Shown here piece by piece: positions 22,151 through 35,299 of a stretch of 64,000 bases of DNA. Position 1 is the stretch's first letter; each line of letters begins with the position of its first letter. The stretch comes from Amphiscolops sp. MND2022. Lineage: Eukaryota. The position numbers and the translations under genes were made by a program. The stretch spans positions 44,022,001-44,086,000 of the forward strand of contig OZ076409.1 in assembly GCA_964187785.1 (NCBI GenBank), given 5' to 3'. A model generated the notes under the pieces. It saw only the letters and a program-made list of their open reading frames with translations, was not told where the DNA came from and did no database searches.

Positions 22151-22219
22151 CTTGATGAAAAGGAAAAGACCATTGTAGCTAGCTGCTTCACCAATTTGTG
22201 CGCCATTAACTGCAGACAT
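22151..22219 (-). CDS. CLIC: CLIC family protein, first coding exon (MSAVNGAQIGEAASYNGLFLFIK)
   Basis: ATG at 22219, 23 codons, donor AAG|GTAATT; LFIK|AGSD reproduces the CLIC LFVK|AGSD junction in phase 0. Too short to appear in the ORF track. Confidence 0.85.
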
Positions 22220-23220
22220 TTTCTGAAAATATAACTTCCGGATGAATTGCAAAATGTAAACATTTGATGCAAAAACTGACACAATGCTGTACAAGCGCTA
22301 AACTAAACAAAGAACGAGTAGAACAAACAACTCCGAATACACATTCAATTGATAAAAGTCAGCGGATAAAGTTATCATCGGTGCAACTTCAATTCGTCGA
22401 ACATTCAAATCGGCGAAAAATGAAAAGCTATTCAATGCGTCGAAAGAATTCCTATATCAGCGATTATTTTCATTTGGTTGTAATTTGTGGCGATTACCAT
22501 ATTTGTTGTATGGTTCGGTCGCTTCGCTCCCTTCGCCAAGTAGCAATATTGAGACATGGCCATATGGCACATCGCTCCGCTTCGCTCCTGCATTTTGGGC
22601 ACTAGGAGTATGTGAACATAGCTGACTATGTTATCGTAATTTTGAATGCTCGAATTTGATTGGCCGAAATCAATTCATTCCATTACGTCATATCATGCTC
22701 GCTAAATTAATACGTGTTCGACGAATTGAAGAGTCCCCGCCAAAATTGAAAAGTGCCAAGCCTTAAATTGTATTATTATGTAAATTATGTGCGTTTAAAC
22801 AGCCTTTTACATATTTCCAACTGTGATGTCGGCAATACTTCGTTGTTTTTCATCAAAATCGAAGGTGCAAAATGAAACAAAGGCGAAGTTAGATGAATTA
22901 AGATGATGTTAACCATTGAAGAAAGCGATTGTCAAGTGTTCCAGCTAACCAAAAAAGCCACCAAAGACCGATTTTTATTATACATACTTTTCGAAATGAC
23001 CAATTGCAGGACAATCTTTTCCAAAATTTTGTAATGAAAATTCGCAGAGGGTTTTTTCGAAAAGGCACCTGTAAAAATTATTTCATCTGTCAGGTTAGTT
23101 CTGGCTTCGAACTCCCCAGGTAGTGTAGACGAAAGCACTAAGAAAGATTCGAATAATTTTCAAGGAAACCACTCACTGAAAGAGATTTTTGGGCTAGTTC
23201 TATCGAACTTGGTTCCCACA

Positions 23221-26200
23221 GAATAGAATAGAATAGAATAGATGTTTCACAATCTAAGGCCGAAGCCTTTGGTGATTGGCTCATTGCTGTTTGGGTTCCC
23301 TTTCCATCGTCGTTTCGTATTTCAAATTTCTCCAGGTGTTGTCCAATTTCGCTTTAAAAACGTCAAGGGTTCCTGCCGACGTGACATCATCTGGCAGGCT
23401 ATTCCAGTCATTGGCTGCTCTTACAGTGAAAAAATTTCCTCTTGTTGATGTTCTCGATGGCTGCACCACAAGTTTTCTTTGATTTCCTCTTGTGATTCTG
23501 TCATTTTCCATCAGCATCCCTCCAGTGACTCTCTTATCAGGTTACCAGTCACTTGGCTTAATACCATTTGGCTTAATTTTTTCGTCGAGTCATTTGGCTT
23601 AAAAATTTTAAGCCAAGTGACCACAAAATTAAGCCAACTCCATTCCAACTCAAGGAATAAATATGTCAACTCCCGGAAATATCATAAAGTGGGGCATATG
23701 CGGTGTATGCACGCTCGCCCTCACCGTCGCAAAGACCAGCTCCCACTACGATCGCTTCGCGATCTTCGTTCCGCTAGGTCTTTGCTCCTGTTCGACCTCG
23801 CTTAGCAAGATGGAAATATAAGCGGCCCCAAGGGGCCGCAGGGCACTAGAGGAAATGGGGACATACCCGAGGGGTACTTGATATGACATGTTATAATAAT
23901 ACGCTGACTACGTTATAAAGATAAATTCGACAAAATCTGCCACGTGTTTTCAACTAAGTGGTTTTAAGTCAAATGACTTTTTAAGCCAAGTGACCAATAC
24001 CCGAGACACTTAGCTTAAAAAAATTAAGCCAAGTGACCAATTGTATTAAGCCAAGTGACTTTAAGCCAAATGGCATTAAGCCAAGTGACCATTTACCGTC
24101 ACTTTTTTTACCGTCACGGTTACCAGTCACTTGGCTTAATACCATTTGGCTTAATTTTTTCGTCGAGTCATTTGGCTTAAAAATTTTAAGCCAAGTGACC
24201 ACAAAATTAAGCCAACTCCATTCCAACTCAAGGAATAAATATGTCAACTCCCGGAAATATCATAATGTGGGGCATATGCGGTGTATGCACGCTCGCCCTC
24301 ACCGTCGCAAAGACCAGCTCCCACTACGATCGCTTCGCGATCTTCGTTCCCGCTAGGTCTTTGCTCCTGTTCGACCTCGCTTAGCAAGATGGAAATATAA
24401 GCGGCCCCAAGGGGCCGCAGGGCACTAGAGGAAATGGGGACATACCCGAGGGGTACTTGATATGACATGTTATAATAATACGCTGACTACGTTATAAAGA
24501 TAAATTCGACAAAATCTGCCACGTGTTTTCAACTAAGTGAATTTAAGTCAAATGACTTTTCAAGCCAAGTGACCAATACCCGAGACACTTAGCTTAAAAA
24601 AATTAAGCCAAGTGACCAATTGTATTAAGCCAAGTGACTTTAAGCCAAATGGCATTAAGCCAAGTGACCATTTACCTCTTATCATACACTCCATGGAGTA
24701 TCTTGTAAACTTCAATCATCCTACCCCGTTTCCTCCTGAAGTCCAGGGTGGGTAGGTCTAGTTTCATTAATCTTTGTTCATAAGGGAGAGATGCGAGAGA
24801 AGGGATGAGTCTTGTCGCTCGTCTCTGGACATTTTCGAGGTTAGTTCTGTGTTTTTGGAAATGTGGATGCCATGCTTGGTTACAATATTCCAAGTGGGGT
24901 CTGACAAGCGTCTTAATTAGCACACTCAGTGACTGGCAGTTCAATTTCATGAAACAATGAAACATTTTTTGATAATAGCAAGCATTGAATTCGCCTTCTT
25001 TATTTTTTCAGCAATATGCGAGTCAAAATATAGTTTGTGATCAGTTAGTACATCCAAGTCTTTTTCACATCTAACATTTTCCAACATCTTTGTTGTGTTC
25101 ATGAAGTAAGGTCTCTCAGTGGAGTCTTTGTTGTGAGGGTCATTTTCACGCATTTTTTCTCATTGAATTGAAGTAAAAAGCTACTCGACCAGCTTCCCAG
25201 CCTTCGGAGGTCATCTTGGAGTATTTTCTGATCTGCGTCTGAGTGTATTTCCCTGTAGAGCTTCGCGTCATCGGCAAACAGGTAAAGTTCTGACTCCACA
25301 GCTCCCGGCATAGAATTTATGTAGATCGTAAACAACACTGGACCTAATACTGATCCTTGAGGTATCCCGCTTGTAACATTCTGCCAGGTTGAGAAAGTGC
25401 CCTTGACTACTACCCTCTGTTGTCTCCCGGAGAGGAACGCTTTTATCCAGTTCAGAGTTTTTCCATTAATCCCATTTTGTTCGAGAATAGCTATGAGTCT
25501 TCTGTGTGGGACGCTGTCAAACGCTTTCCGAAAATCGAGGTACACTACATCTACTTCAACCTTATTGTCCAATGCCAAAGTCCACTGATCAAATATTTTC
25601 AGAAGTTGGAGAAGCCTTGATCTTTTTGACAAGAAGCCATATTGTTTATCACTCAAGATTTCATTATCTGTAAGAAATGTCATTTTTCTCTTTCTGATAC
25701 TTCTTTCCATTAGTTTGCAGGGGATTGAGGCCAGGCTCACTGGACGATAGTTGGTTGCCTCTAATTTATTCCCTGATTTGAAAATCGGCACTATGTTGGC
25801 CCGCAACCAGTCATCGGGTAGTATTGCAGTATTCCAGGATTCCGTCATGATTTGAGATAGGAGCGGTGCTATTTCAGACCCTATTTCTTTCAGTATCCTT
25901 GGGGAGATGTTGTCCACTCCAGCAGATTTTGCTGTATTAAGGGCATTAATTTCTTCAAGCACCTCTTTTTCAGTGAAAGTTATGTTATCTTCCATACATT
26001 TGTGCGTGGTGTTTATTTGCCAGAGTCCGGGTCCTTCATTTACAAAAACGGATTTGAAAAACAACGAGAGTTCTTCTGCTTTCTCCAAATCCGTTTATGT
26101 GAAGCTTCCATCTCGTTTGATTGCTGGAATCGTCTCTCTTCGTTTTGTTTTTTGGCTAACATAACTCCAAAATTTTTTGGGATTTGACTTTAGGTTATTT

Positions 26201-26915
26201 GTTATTTCCTGTTCCATTTCTTGGGCAAGATTTCTGGTTTCTTTCCTCAACAAATTCCTGCTTGCTTTGTACTTTTTGTGATCGTCGGGGGATTTGCTAT
26301 TAACAAAATTCTTCCAGAGTCGGTTTTTCTTTCTCACTAGCTCCAGGATGTCCCTGTTAGCGGTATATCGTCTATTTTTGTTCGACTTAATGCTCAATTC
26401 CGGGATGAATTTTTTCACAGCTTCAGTGATTTTGCCTTTTAGGAAAAACCATTTCTCATTGACATCTAGCTCATCCGGGATGGTTGTTCCTCTCAACAAT
26501 GATTTCATCGCGTCGAAGTTTGCTTTTCTGAAGTTGAGACGTTTCTTCACTTAAGAGGCTACCTCGAACGAGACTTTCACCTGCAGTAGTGCATGATCAC
26601 TATCACCGAGTGGCGGTAAGTGTTCAATCTCTTCCACAGGTGTTGATGTGTCTGAGATGACTAAGTCAACTAGTGATGGTTTATCGTCGCCCCGGATACG
26701 TGTTGGTCTGTTGGTGTGCTGTGTCAGGTAAGAATCAGCTAAAGCATCAAGAAAGTTGTTCTCCTTGCTTCCTACTACTGTGTTAGAGGTGTTGGATTCC
26801 CAATCTATTTTTGGAAGATTGAGATCCCCGATCATCAGGAAATTGCTTCTCTGTGATTCTTGCCTGATAAAGTCGTTGATCATGATATTATTTTCGGTAG
26901 AGGAGTTTGGACTAC
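23221..26915 (-). mobile_element. CR1-clade LINE, 5'-truncated, ORF2 disrupted
   Basis: APE C-terminus (GDLN, LGDSDH); RT (NYRPVSL, YLDFRKAFDSVPH, GIPQGSVLGP, LFADD); C-terminal RPHLEY, VQRRATR, FFTVR..NDWNSLP; (TTCTA)n 3' tail at 23221-23242; stops and frameshifts. Confidence 0.92.
23540..24676. mobile_element. Tandem dimer of a ~558-bp MITE (23540-24097 and 24118-24676) inserted in the CR1; Merlin- or hAT-like
   Basis: Ends GGTTACCAGTCACTTGGCTT / AAGCCAAGTGACCATTTACC; 8-bp TSD TCTTATCA flanks the pair; 20-bp junction spacer. Confidence 0.85.
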
Positions 26916-27289
26916 AGAGTTAGGACTACTACTACATGGACTACATCACAGGTCCATGATACTTTAAGGATCACAGTTTGTGCACGGGTAATGACTTTGT
27001 TTACGGGAAAGAACAACAATAAATTACACATAATTTACCGGAATTGGACAGCAGGAGCATATCCTAATCACATCGCCATTCATACCGCAGCTGAAAGCAA
27101 ACTATAATTTTTTCCCTCTATCAGATCTATCATGGATCTTCGTCATCAATCAAGTGCCATGTGTATCATGATGTTGGGGGAAGAAGAACTATAAACGTCA
27201 AAAAATGCCATAAACAAAAGCGGCAACTTATGTCCAATAGTACCTTTCGTAGAATTTCGGTATGAGCACATCAAATGTCTCAGCGCTAT

Positions 27290-27600
27290 AAAAACCCAAC
27301 CTCGACATGGTTAAGAAAATGGCCATTGCAGGACTGGAACCTGCATCTCAAGACAGATCTAGCTATAGTCAGACAGATCAATAGTGTAAGAAATAAACTG
27401 AAACTTTATTTGCAAGAAAAGAATTGGACCAAAGTATAACAACCCAAGCTCGACATGATTGTGAGGAAATAGCCATTACAGGACTCGAACCTGCATCTCA
27501 AGACAGATCTAGCTAGCAGTCAAGCGCCTTAACCCTTAGACCAAATGGCTTATTTAATCTCACCATCATTCGACTTATCACTAACAACGCCGTTGTTGTA
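27290..27600 (-). repeat. tRNA-derived SINE-like repeat with partial tandem duplication
   Basis: Minus strand 27549-27471 has an A box (TGGTCTAAGGG) and B box (GGTTCGAGTCC); partial duplicate ~27290-27372; related fragment ~37035-37137. Confidence 0.6.
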
Positions 27601-28056
27601 AAAGCAAAACTAGCTCTGATTTCTGCTTTCATCCTAGTTATTTGAAAATCTAATGAACAAACATTTTAAAGTTTTGTTGAGCATTTGAAACGTAGGTTTG
27701 GAAATAATGAAGTAACATCCTAATTTCATTTTTCCGTGATTGTAGATACTACTGAATTAGCACATGGAACATCATTTTGGCAAATTAGACAGCAATGACA
27801 ATTTCGTGTACTCAGCTGGCTCTGCCCGTTGAAATGGGTGGTCTTGGGGGGGGGGGGTTGTGGGCGGAAGAAGGTCGAAGGAACGGCATCGAAAATCAGA
27901 GTTAGTCCTCGGGTCGACATACCAAATTTTTGAATGGCATCGAACAACTCGGATCGAAATTTTGATTGGGAAACAAATCGAGTTGACGCAGATAGAATTT
28001 TCTAGAAAAGTATTAGGGCCTGGGCTCCTTCTGGTCGTAGCTGGGTTGTCGGAAGA

Positions 28057-28316
28057 GGGTGAACGGAAATGGGTCGAAAGAAATGGGTCGAATCGGCCTC
28101 CTGTGCCATGGGTCGAATCTTCACCGTTTCGGAATTGGGTCGCATGGACTTGGGTCGACCTTGAAAAATGCCAAGTTCAAGGGAGACAACATATTGATTT
28201 CGACCCAAGTCCATTCGAACCAATTCGACCTCAGTCAATTCGACTGAAGTTATTCGACCAAAAGGGTCGACCTAATTCTTTTCGACCTATTTCATTCGAC
28301 CCATTTCATGCAATCC
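28057..28316. mobile_element. 260-bp MULE-like MITE inside the Copia 3' LTR
   Basis: 9-bp TSD GTCGGAAGA (28048-28056, 28317-28325); absent from the 5' LTR; inverted GGTCGAA/TTCGACC arrays. Confidence 0.9.
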
Positions 28317-28779
28317 GTCGGAAGATTGGTGAAGAGTGGTTATTGTCAATACTTTATTTTGTGTTGTGAGTTGATAAAGTGATTCAGTCAAGTGAAGATA
28401 AAATAACAGGTACATGTTTACAAACAACAATAATATACTAAATTAGTTCAGTCTGGTATATTCTGAGATGGTTGACCTTTAAAGTTCCTTTGACCTTCAT
28501 TGATCTCTAACACCCCCGCTCGATGAGAGACTCCGAGGGTTGTTGTTTGATGATGGCGAACCACTGTGCTTGACCATCTGTCGTGTCAAGGCAGCGGTTG
28601 AGAGGGCTCTATCCATCAGTTGAAGAGAAGCTGAAAGTCGTCATAGTCCCAGTGATAACATAAACACAATAATGAGTAATGTAAAATAATTGAGTTGTGA
28701 GGGAGGCAAGGGTTGAGTTGTTGATCGGGGTGGCTGAATGACGAAGAGTTGCGATGAGAGCTCATTGAAGGCAGGCTTG

Positions 28780-31700
28780 GGTAGGTTCTTGGTGAAGATA
28801 TCAGCCAAGTTGTTTTTTGTGGAGACATAAGACAGTTGAATGCGTTTGTCCTCAACCAGTTGACGGATGAAGTGGTGTCAGGTTGCTATGTGTTTGGCAC
28901 GTTTGTGGGCGACAGGGTTGCTGGCCAGTGCGAGTGCCCCTTGATTGTCACCACACAACAGAACAGGCGTGTCCACCGTCATCAAGCAGAAGAATGTGAG
29001 CAAGCCTTGCAAATACACTGCTTCCTGTGCAGCCAAAGCCAACGAAACATACTCGGCTTCACAAGAGCTAAGTGCCACACACCCTTGCTTTTTGGACGCC
29101 CAATAGACAACACTACCAGAACGACTTAGTTTGAAGCAAAAACCCGAAGTTGACTTGCGATCGTCCTTGTCGGTGGCCCAATCGGAATCCGAAAAACCAA
29201 AAAGTTCGAGATTTTCAGAGCGGTTATACACAAGAGATAGAGACTCGGTGCCCTTGAGAAAACGGAGAAGGTGTTTGAATGCACACCAATGGGCTTTACC
29301 AGGATTTGACACGAATTGTGCTAAGTTATAGACAGCGAAGCTAATATCGAGGCGACTAACAACGGACAAATACATTAAGTTTCCAACTAAGCTACGATAT
29401 TGTTTCTGTTCGCAAATATCAAGTGACTTTTCACTACCTTCGATAGGGCAGTCCGATTTTGACTGTTTCGTATGGGGAATAGCTGGATTACTGATTGGTT
29501 AACAATCAGACATATGATTTTTGCGCAAAATGTCCTTTATATATGACCGCTGACTAAGGGAAATGGGACCGCGTGACTGTTCAACAATGCATCCCAAAAA
29601 CCAAGTCATTTTCCCACGATCATCGATGCTGAATGCATCGCTGAGTTTCGCCTGGAAATCATGCAGCATTTTGTTGTTGTTTGAAAAGTACAAAATGTCG
29701 TCGACCCAAACTAGTACAAAAAGTTGGGAACCATTTGTCCCATCGCAACGAAAAAGACAATGATCCTCGGCAGACTGTACAAATTCGTTCTTCAAAAACC
29801 ACTGGGTTAAAGATTTGTTCCATTCCCTCCCTGCTTGCTTTAAACCATAAAGGCATTTTTGAAGCTTGCAATAAAGTGTTTCACCATTAGCCCCCGCTTG
29901 CGCGAAGCCTTCTGGTTGTTCTATATATATTTCATCACTCAAGTTCGCATTGAGGAAGGCTGAACGGACGTCTAACTGAAAAACAAAAGTCGACCAAGAA
30001 GCAGCGAGCGCAAAACAAATCCTCAAGGTACAAAATTTGGCAGTAGGCGCAAAAGTTTCATCGTAATCGTTCCCAAAAACTCGCGAAAACCCTCGGGCTA
30101 CGAAACAAGCATTGAATTTTTCAATAGTTCCGTCGTCGTGTCGCTTAATTTTGAAAACCCACCGGCTTCCAAATGCTTTTCGGCCCGGGGGAAAGAGGAG
30201 AAAGCACCCAGGTTTTCTTCTCAATGAGCGCATCGTACTCCTTTTGAGTAGCTTCGATCCATTCGCTTTTGAGCGATGACCTCATTGCTTCACGATAAGT
30301 TAGATTCTCATCGCCGTCATCCGTTAAAAGAACGTAGTCGTCTAGATACGCAGGCGGTTTGATAACTCTCCCACTTCGAGACCGCAAAAAAACACTACTT
30401 TCATTGGCTTCAATGTTTTCGGATGAAACAACATCAACGGGGGAAGGAGTTGTTTCAGTTTCGAAATCATTCAATGTTTCAGTCGGTAAAATAGGAACTG
30501 AAGACTTTTCGCAAAAATGTTTCTGTGTTTCAGTCAAAATTTGTTTCGGTGCCGGTTTTTCGATTACAAATGCTCGGATGTTTTGAATTGGGTGCGCAGC
30601 AAAAAAGTCAAAAGAAGTCTCATCAAAGGAGACGTTGCGAGAAAACGAAGTATTTTTAGAATAAGGATTGTACAAAATGTATGCTTCGGAATCCTCAGAA
30701 TAACCAACAAAAACTTCTTTGTTGGCTTTATCGGAAAGTTTGTCTTGATGCGTTTCAATGTGTTTGAAAGCAGTACATCCAAAAACTTTCAAGTTGGAAA
30801 GATCTGGTTTGTTTACCAAAAAACATTTCGAAGGGCGTTTTACCTTTTGGTAAACTAACTGTGAGGCAACGGTTTGAATTGTAAAAAGCAGTGTGTAAGG
30901 CCCGAACCCAAAATTCATTGCCGAGTTTTGCTGTTTTTAGCATGCAGCGAGCCATTTCGACTGTTGTTCGCCAGCGACGTTCACTCACACCATTTTGATG
31001 AGGCGAATAAGGGACAGTATGTTCACGTTTGATTCGGTTTGATATACAAAAACTTCGAAAAGACTTGGAAATGTACTCTTTCCCATTATCAGAACGGATT
31101 GCTCTGGGCGTTCCCACTTGCCCACAAAAAACTTTGAATTTATCTAGGCACTCCTCTTTCGATTTGAGGAAATATTCCGCTGAGTACTTGCTGTAGCTGT
31201 CCGTAAAAAATAGCGTATCGATTGCCACCAAGCGAAGTAGTTGGCATCGATCCCAAAATGTCAGTGAAGACGAGATAAAGTTTCGAAAACTTTCGTTTCT
31301 CCATATTTCGCGATACTGGTTGCCGTCGTGACGTAGAAATTTTGCAAACTTCACAACAACAAAGTTTATCAAAAGCACTGTGTTTCAAGCTCATCCCCGA
31401 AACATGATGAGCCAAACGTTTCACATTTTTGAAATTGTTGTGACCAAGGCGAAGATGCCACAACACCGCTTCTTCGTTTTTGCCGGAAAAAGAGCAAAAA
31501 TCAAATGTCTTTCCTTTCAAAACGTAAAGATTAGCGTGATTTTCCGAAATTCACTTGAGCCCCGTTTTGTCTCAACTTGCTAACACTGATCAAGTTATGA
31601 GAATGATCAGGAAGAAAAAGACAGTCGGAAAATTTCACACAGCGTTCGATCCCTTCTTTGTCCAAAAGTAAAAAAGAAATTTTTCCAACACCCTCAACTT

Positions 31701-32688
31701 CCGAAAAAGTCCCATTCGCATTTTTTACTTTGCGTTGTGTTTCTTCGCTGAAGTCGAAGAACAGGGAACGGTCAAAAAACATATGCGAGGAAGCCCCAGA
31801 GTCGATGACCAAAGTGTGCTCCTTCACCTCGCATTTTTGGCTAGTGAGTGCAGTCTCACTACCATCGCAAAAGAAAACTAAGTCCTCAGCTAGGTTTGAC
31901 TCTCCTGTCTCAGCACTTGACTTAGGGTTCAAAAGAAGGTTTTTCTTGAAACATTTATTCTCTTCATGGCCAAAACGCCTGCAAAAGTTACACTGGGATA
32001 CTCTACAAGTGGCTTGTTTATGTCCACTTTTACCGCAACGCCTACACTTTCCATTGAACTTTTCAGGTTTACGCGCGGAATTTTTCGCAACAGTTCCTTT
32101 GGATAACAAGGCAACATTTTCATTGCTAGCTGTCGCAGTTTGTAGGTTAAGAGAACTTTCGAATTTTTTAAATGCTTTCTTTACTTCCGCAAAAGACGCC
32201 TTATCTTTCGAAAAATCGTGCACAGTTTTGAAATAGTCATATTCGGAAGGCAAACCCTTAAGAACTATCGAAGTTAACATGTTTTCAGAAACTTTCTCAC
32301 CAGCGAGCTCCAACTGCTTACTCACATACTCCGCTCGAGTCAGGTAGTCAACCATGCTCTCCGTCGGCTCCAAGCGCAGGGTTGTGAACTTCTCCAATAG
32401 GTTCATCAACTTCGGTGTTTCGGTGCTGTTGAAGTGGTCGCGCAGTAGTTGCCATGCCTTCGGACCACCACCCTTGCAGTCGTTCGTCAGCATCAGGATT
32501 CTGCGGTTGTCAAGACACTGTACCAAGTACGCCCAAATTTCGTACTTCTTGTCATTCCTGCCAGCATCTGTTCCACTCAGCACGTTCAGCAGTTTCTTCG
32601 TGAAACAGAACACCTCGAATCGCTCCTGCCACACAGCGAAGTCTTGTTCCTTGCCAGAGAACTGGAGATACTGCAAAGGTCGATCCAT
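28780..32688 (-). pseudogene. Copia gag-pol, multiple frameshifts and stops
   Basis: CRRCGKSGHKQATC knuckle, VIDSGASSH protease, LWHLRLGH, RSDNGKEY / PHQNGVSER integrase, LVWVDD RT, FSDSDWA RNase H. Confidence 0.92.
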
Positions 32689-33457
32689 CCCTCACAAACT
32701 CCAACAAAAGCCCGAAACAGGCAGAAAGAAGTAACTGAAACAAAAATGAGGGCAGCAAAACAGGGATTCCCACGAAGATAAGCTACAAAGTTAGCGAAAG
32801 CGAAGCGGCGGTAACGGACGGCATAAATAGCAAAAATTGTGGATATCCGAGACGCAAAAAGGAAAAATGGAGAGCGAAAAATAAGATCAGACGAGCATAA
32901 TCAAAGTAAGCAGAAAAGGTTTTTTTAAGGAAAAAGGCAAACTCACCAATTTGCTGGGTCCATAACCTATTAGGGCCTGGGCTCCTTCTGGTCGTAGCTG
33001 GGTTGTCGGAAGATTGGTGAAGAGTGGTTATTGTCAATACTTTATTTTGTGTTGTGAGTTGATAAAGTGATTCAGTCAAGTGAAGATAAAATAGCAGGTA
33101 CATGTTTACAAACAACAAGAATATACTAAATTAGTTCAGTCTGGTATAGTCTGAGATGGTTGACCTTTAATGGTCCTTTGACCTCCATCGATCTCTAACA
33201 AAAAGTATAAAACGTGTCTCGGATATGTCTCCATTGCTTCTAGTGTCCCGCGGCCCCTTGGTGCCGCTTATGTTCCCATCTTGCTAAGCGAGGTCAAGCA
33301 GTAGCGGGAACGGAGATCGCGAAGCAATCGTAGTGGGAGCTGGTCTTTGCGACGGTGAAGGCAAGCGTGCATACACAGCATATGCCCCACATTGTGATAG
33401 TCAATCGACTTGAGGCAAACAAAGAACGTTTTCGACCAGAAGGCTTCGATCAAATTC

Positions 33458-34012
33458 GGTTACCAGTCACTTGGCTTAATACCATTTGGCTTAATTTTTT
33501 CGTCGAGTCATTTGGCCTAAAAATTTTAAGCCAAGTGACCACAAAATTAAGCCAACTCCATTGCAACTGATGGAATAAAAATGTCAACTCCCGTAAATAT
33601 CATAATGTGGGGCATATGCGGTGTATGCACGCTCGCCCTCACCGTCGCAAAGACCAGCTCCCACTACGATCGCTTCGCGATCTTCGTTCCCGCTAGGTCT
33701 TTGCTCATGTTCGACCTCGCTTAGCAAGATGGGAATATAGGCGGTCCCAAGGGGCCGCAGGGCACTAGAGGAAATGGGGACATATCCGAGGGTTACCTAA
33801 TATGACGTTATAATATTACGCTGACTACGTTATAAAGATAAATTCGACAAAATATGCCACGTGTTTTCAACTAAGTGGTTTTAAGTCAAATAACTTTAAG
33901 CCAAGTGACCAATACCCGAGACACTTAGCTTTAAAAAATTATGCCAAGTGACCAATTGTATTAAGCCAAATGACTTTGCGCCAAATGGCATTAAGCCAAG
34001 TGACCATTTACC
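33458..34012. mobile_element. Third, monomeric copy of the ~558-bp MITE
   Basis: Same termini as the 23540 copies; flanks TCAAATTC / TCCAATTC (8 bp, one mismatch). Confidence 0.85.
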
Positions 34013-34299
34013 TCCAATTCGGCCGCCATCCATTCGATCCCTGTTATTCGATCAAAAGATTCGACCTCTGTCCTTTCGACCAGAAAAAATCTACCTATCT
34101 ACAGCCACCCGTCACGGGGTTTCATCCGCATCATTATTAGCACTTCCCGGCTTTTTGGCTACAGCCTTTGGTGCGAGTGACATCCTCACGACGATTTTCC
34201 CGGGGACATTCGAAGGTGTTTTGTTTACAAAAGCACTCAAATAAAGGTTGAGTTTGACAAATGAACAGAAAAGTCCTCTAGATGGATCCCAGAAAAATT

Positions 34300-35070
34300 G
34301 TCTACGTCAAAACCGCCCAAGATTTGACTTCTAGAATGGATGACTAACTTTCGGAAGTTTTTAACGCTCATCAAGGCAAATTCGGGTCTCAATGGCTGAA
34401 CGTCGTTCCTTGCAGGAACTTAGGCCTAAAACTTGTTCATCAGCAGCTTCGGATTTCAATTAGTTTACGTCAACATCTGTGGTAAGCATATGTGCCACTG
34501 TTGTGAAAGAGTTGAATGGGACAGTTTACACGGTCTTTTTTGCACGAAGAGTGCTGGTCGCTTCTCACGTCATGCTACTCTCAATTCTCTCATAAAGCAG
34601 ACGTTGGGATCTCTCGACTTGCCTTCAATGCTCGAACCGCGTGGACTAAACCCAACTGATAGCAAACGCCCAGACGGTGTTACCATGATTCCTTGGGAAA
34701 TGGGTAAACAGCTGGTGTGGGATGTCACCGTTGTGGATGCTCTTGCACCCATTCGCCTGTATCAAGGCTCCTTATGCAACCCGGGAACCACCGTCACCGA
34801 GGCTCAAGTGCGTAAATTTGAGAAGTATTGCGAATTAATGGACACTGGATACATTTTTCAACCAGTGACCATGGGAGTACAGGTATCTTCAGGCGAGAGC
34901 ATGGTATTTTGATCACGCGTCTTTGTAAAATGTTCTGTCGTTTGCATGACGATCAACGAGCTGGAAGCTTTTTGAAGTAACGGATTTCAATAGCTCTCCA
35001 GATTGGTAATCAGGCCTGTAATCTAGGATTTGTGAGAGATGCGTTCGAAGAAATTTTTTACATATAAATA
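34300..35070 (+). pseudogene. 3' fragment of an RLE-type non-LTR retrotransposon (CRE-like)
   Basis: Zinc knuckle CHCC...HGLFC, RH..LN, and PD-(D/E)xK nuclease RPDGVTMIPWEMGKQLVWDVTVVD; disrupted; boundaries approximate. Confidence 0.75.
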
Positions 35071-35299
35071 AGTTTTTTGAACTTGTAAATCATTGCAGTA
35101 TTTTATTGTTTCTACCAGTTTTCTGGGTTAGTGGGTGGTATGAGGTTCCCTACTTTCGTTGCTGACTACGGGTGTGTGTCTTCTCCCCCAGCATGATGAC
35201 ACACATGACACGAAGATCCATGATATCTGATGAAGAAACAAAAAAAAACAAAATAAAGCCCACCCGGTTTCTAAAGAATTCCATTACCATTTTCCAGAT

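Larger units (their letters stand above)
28011..33200 (-). mobile_element. Full-length decayed Ty1/Copia LTR retrotransposon
   Basis: LTRs 28011-28512 (with insert) and 32968-33200; TSD AAAAG; PBS GGTTATGGACCCAGC; PPT GAGCGGGGG; Copia domain order. Confidence 0.95.

Noticed and set aside
31658..32734. Long + strand ORFs opposite Copia gag (likewise 11258-11548 and 42419-42961)
   Set aside because: Antisense shadows of minus-strand coding sequence with no independent motifs.
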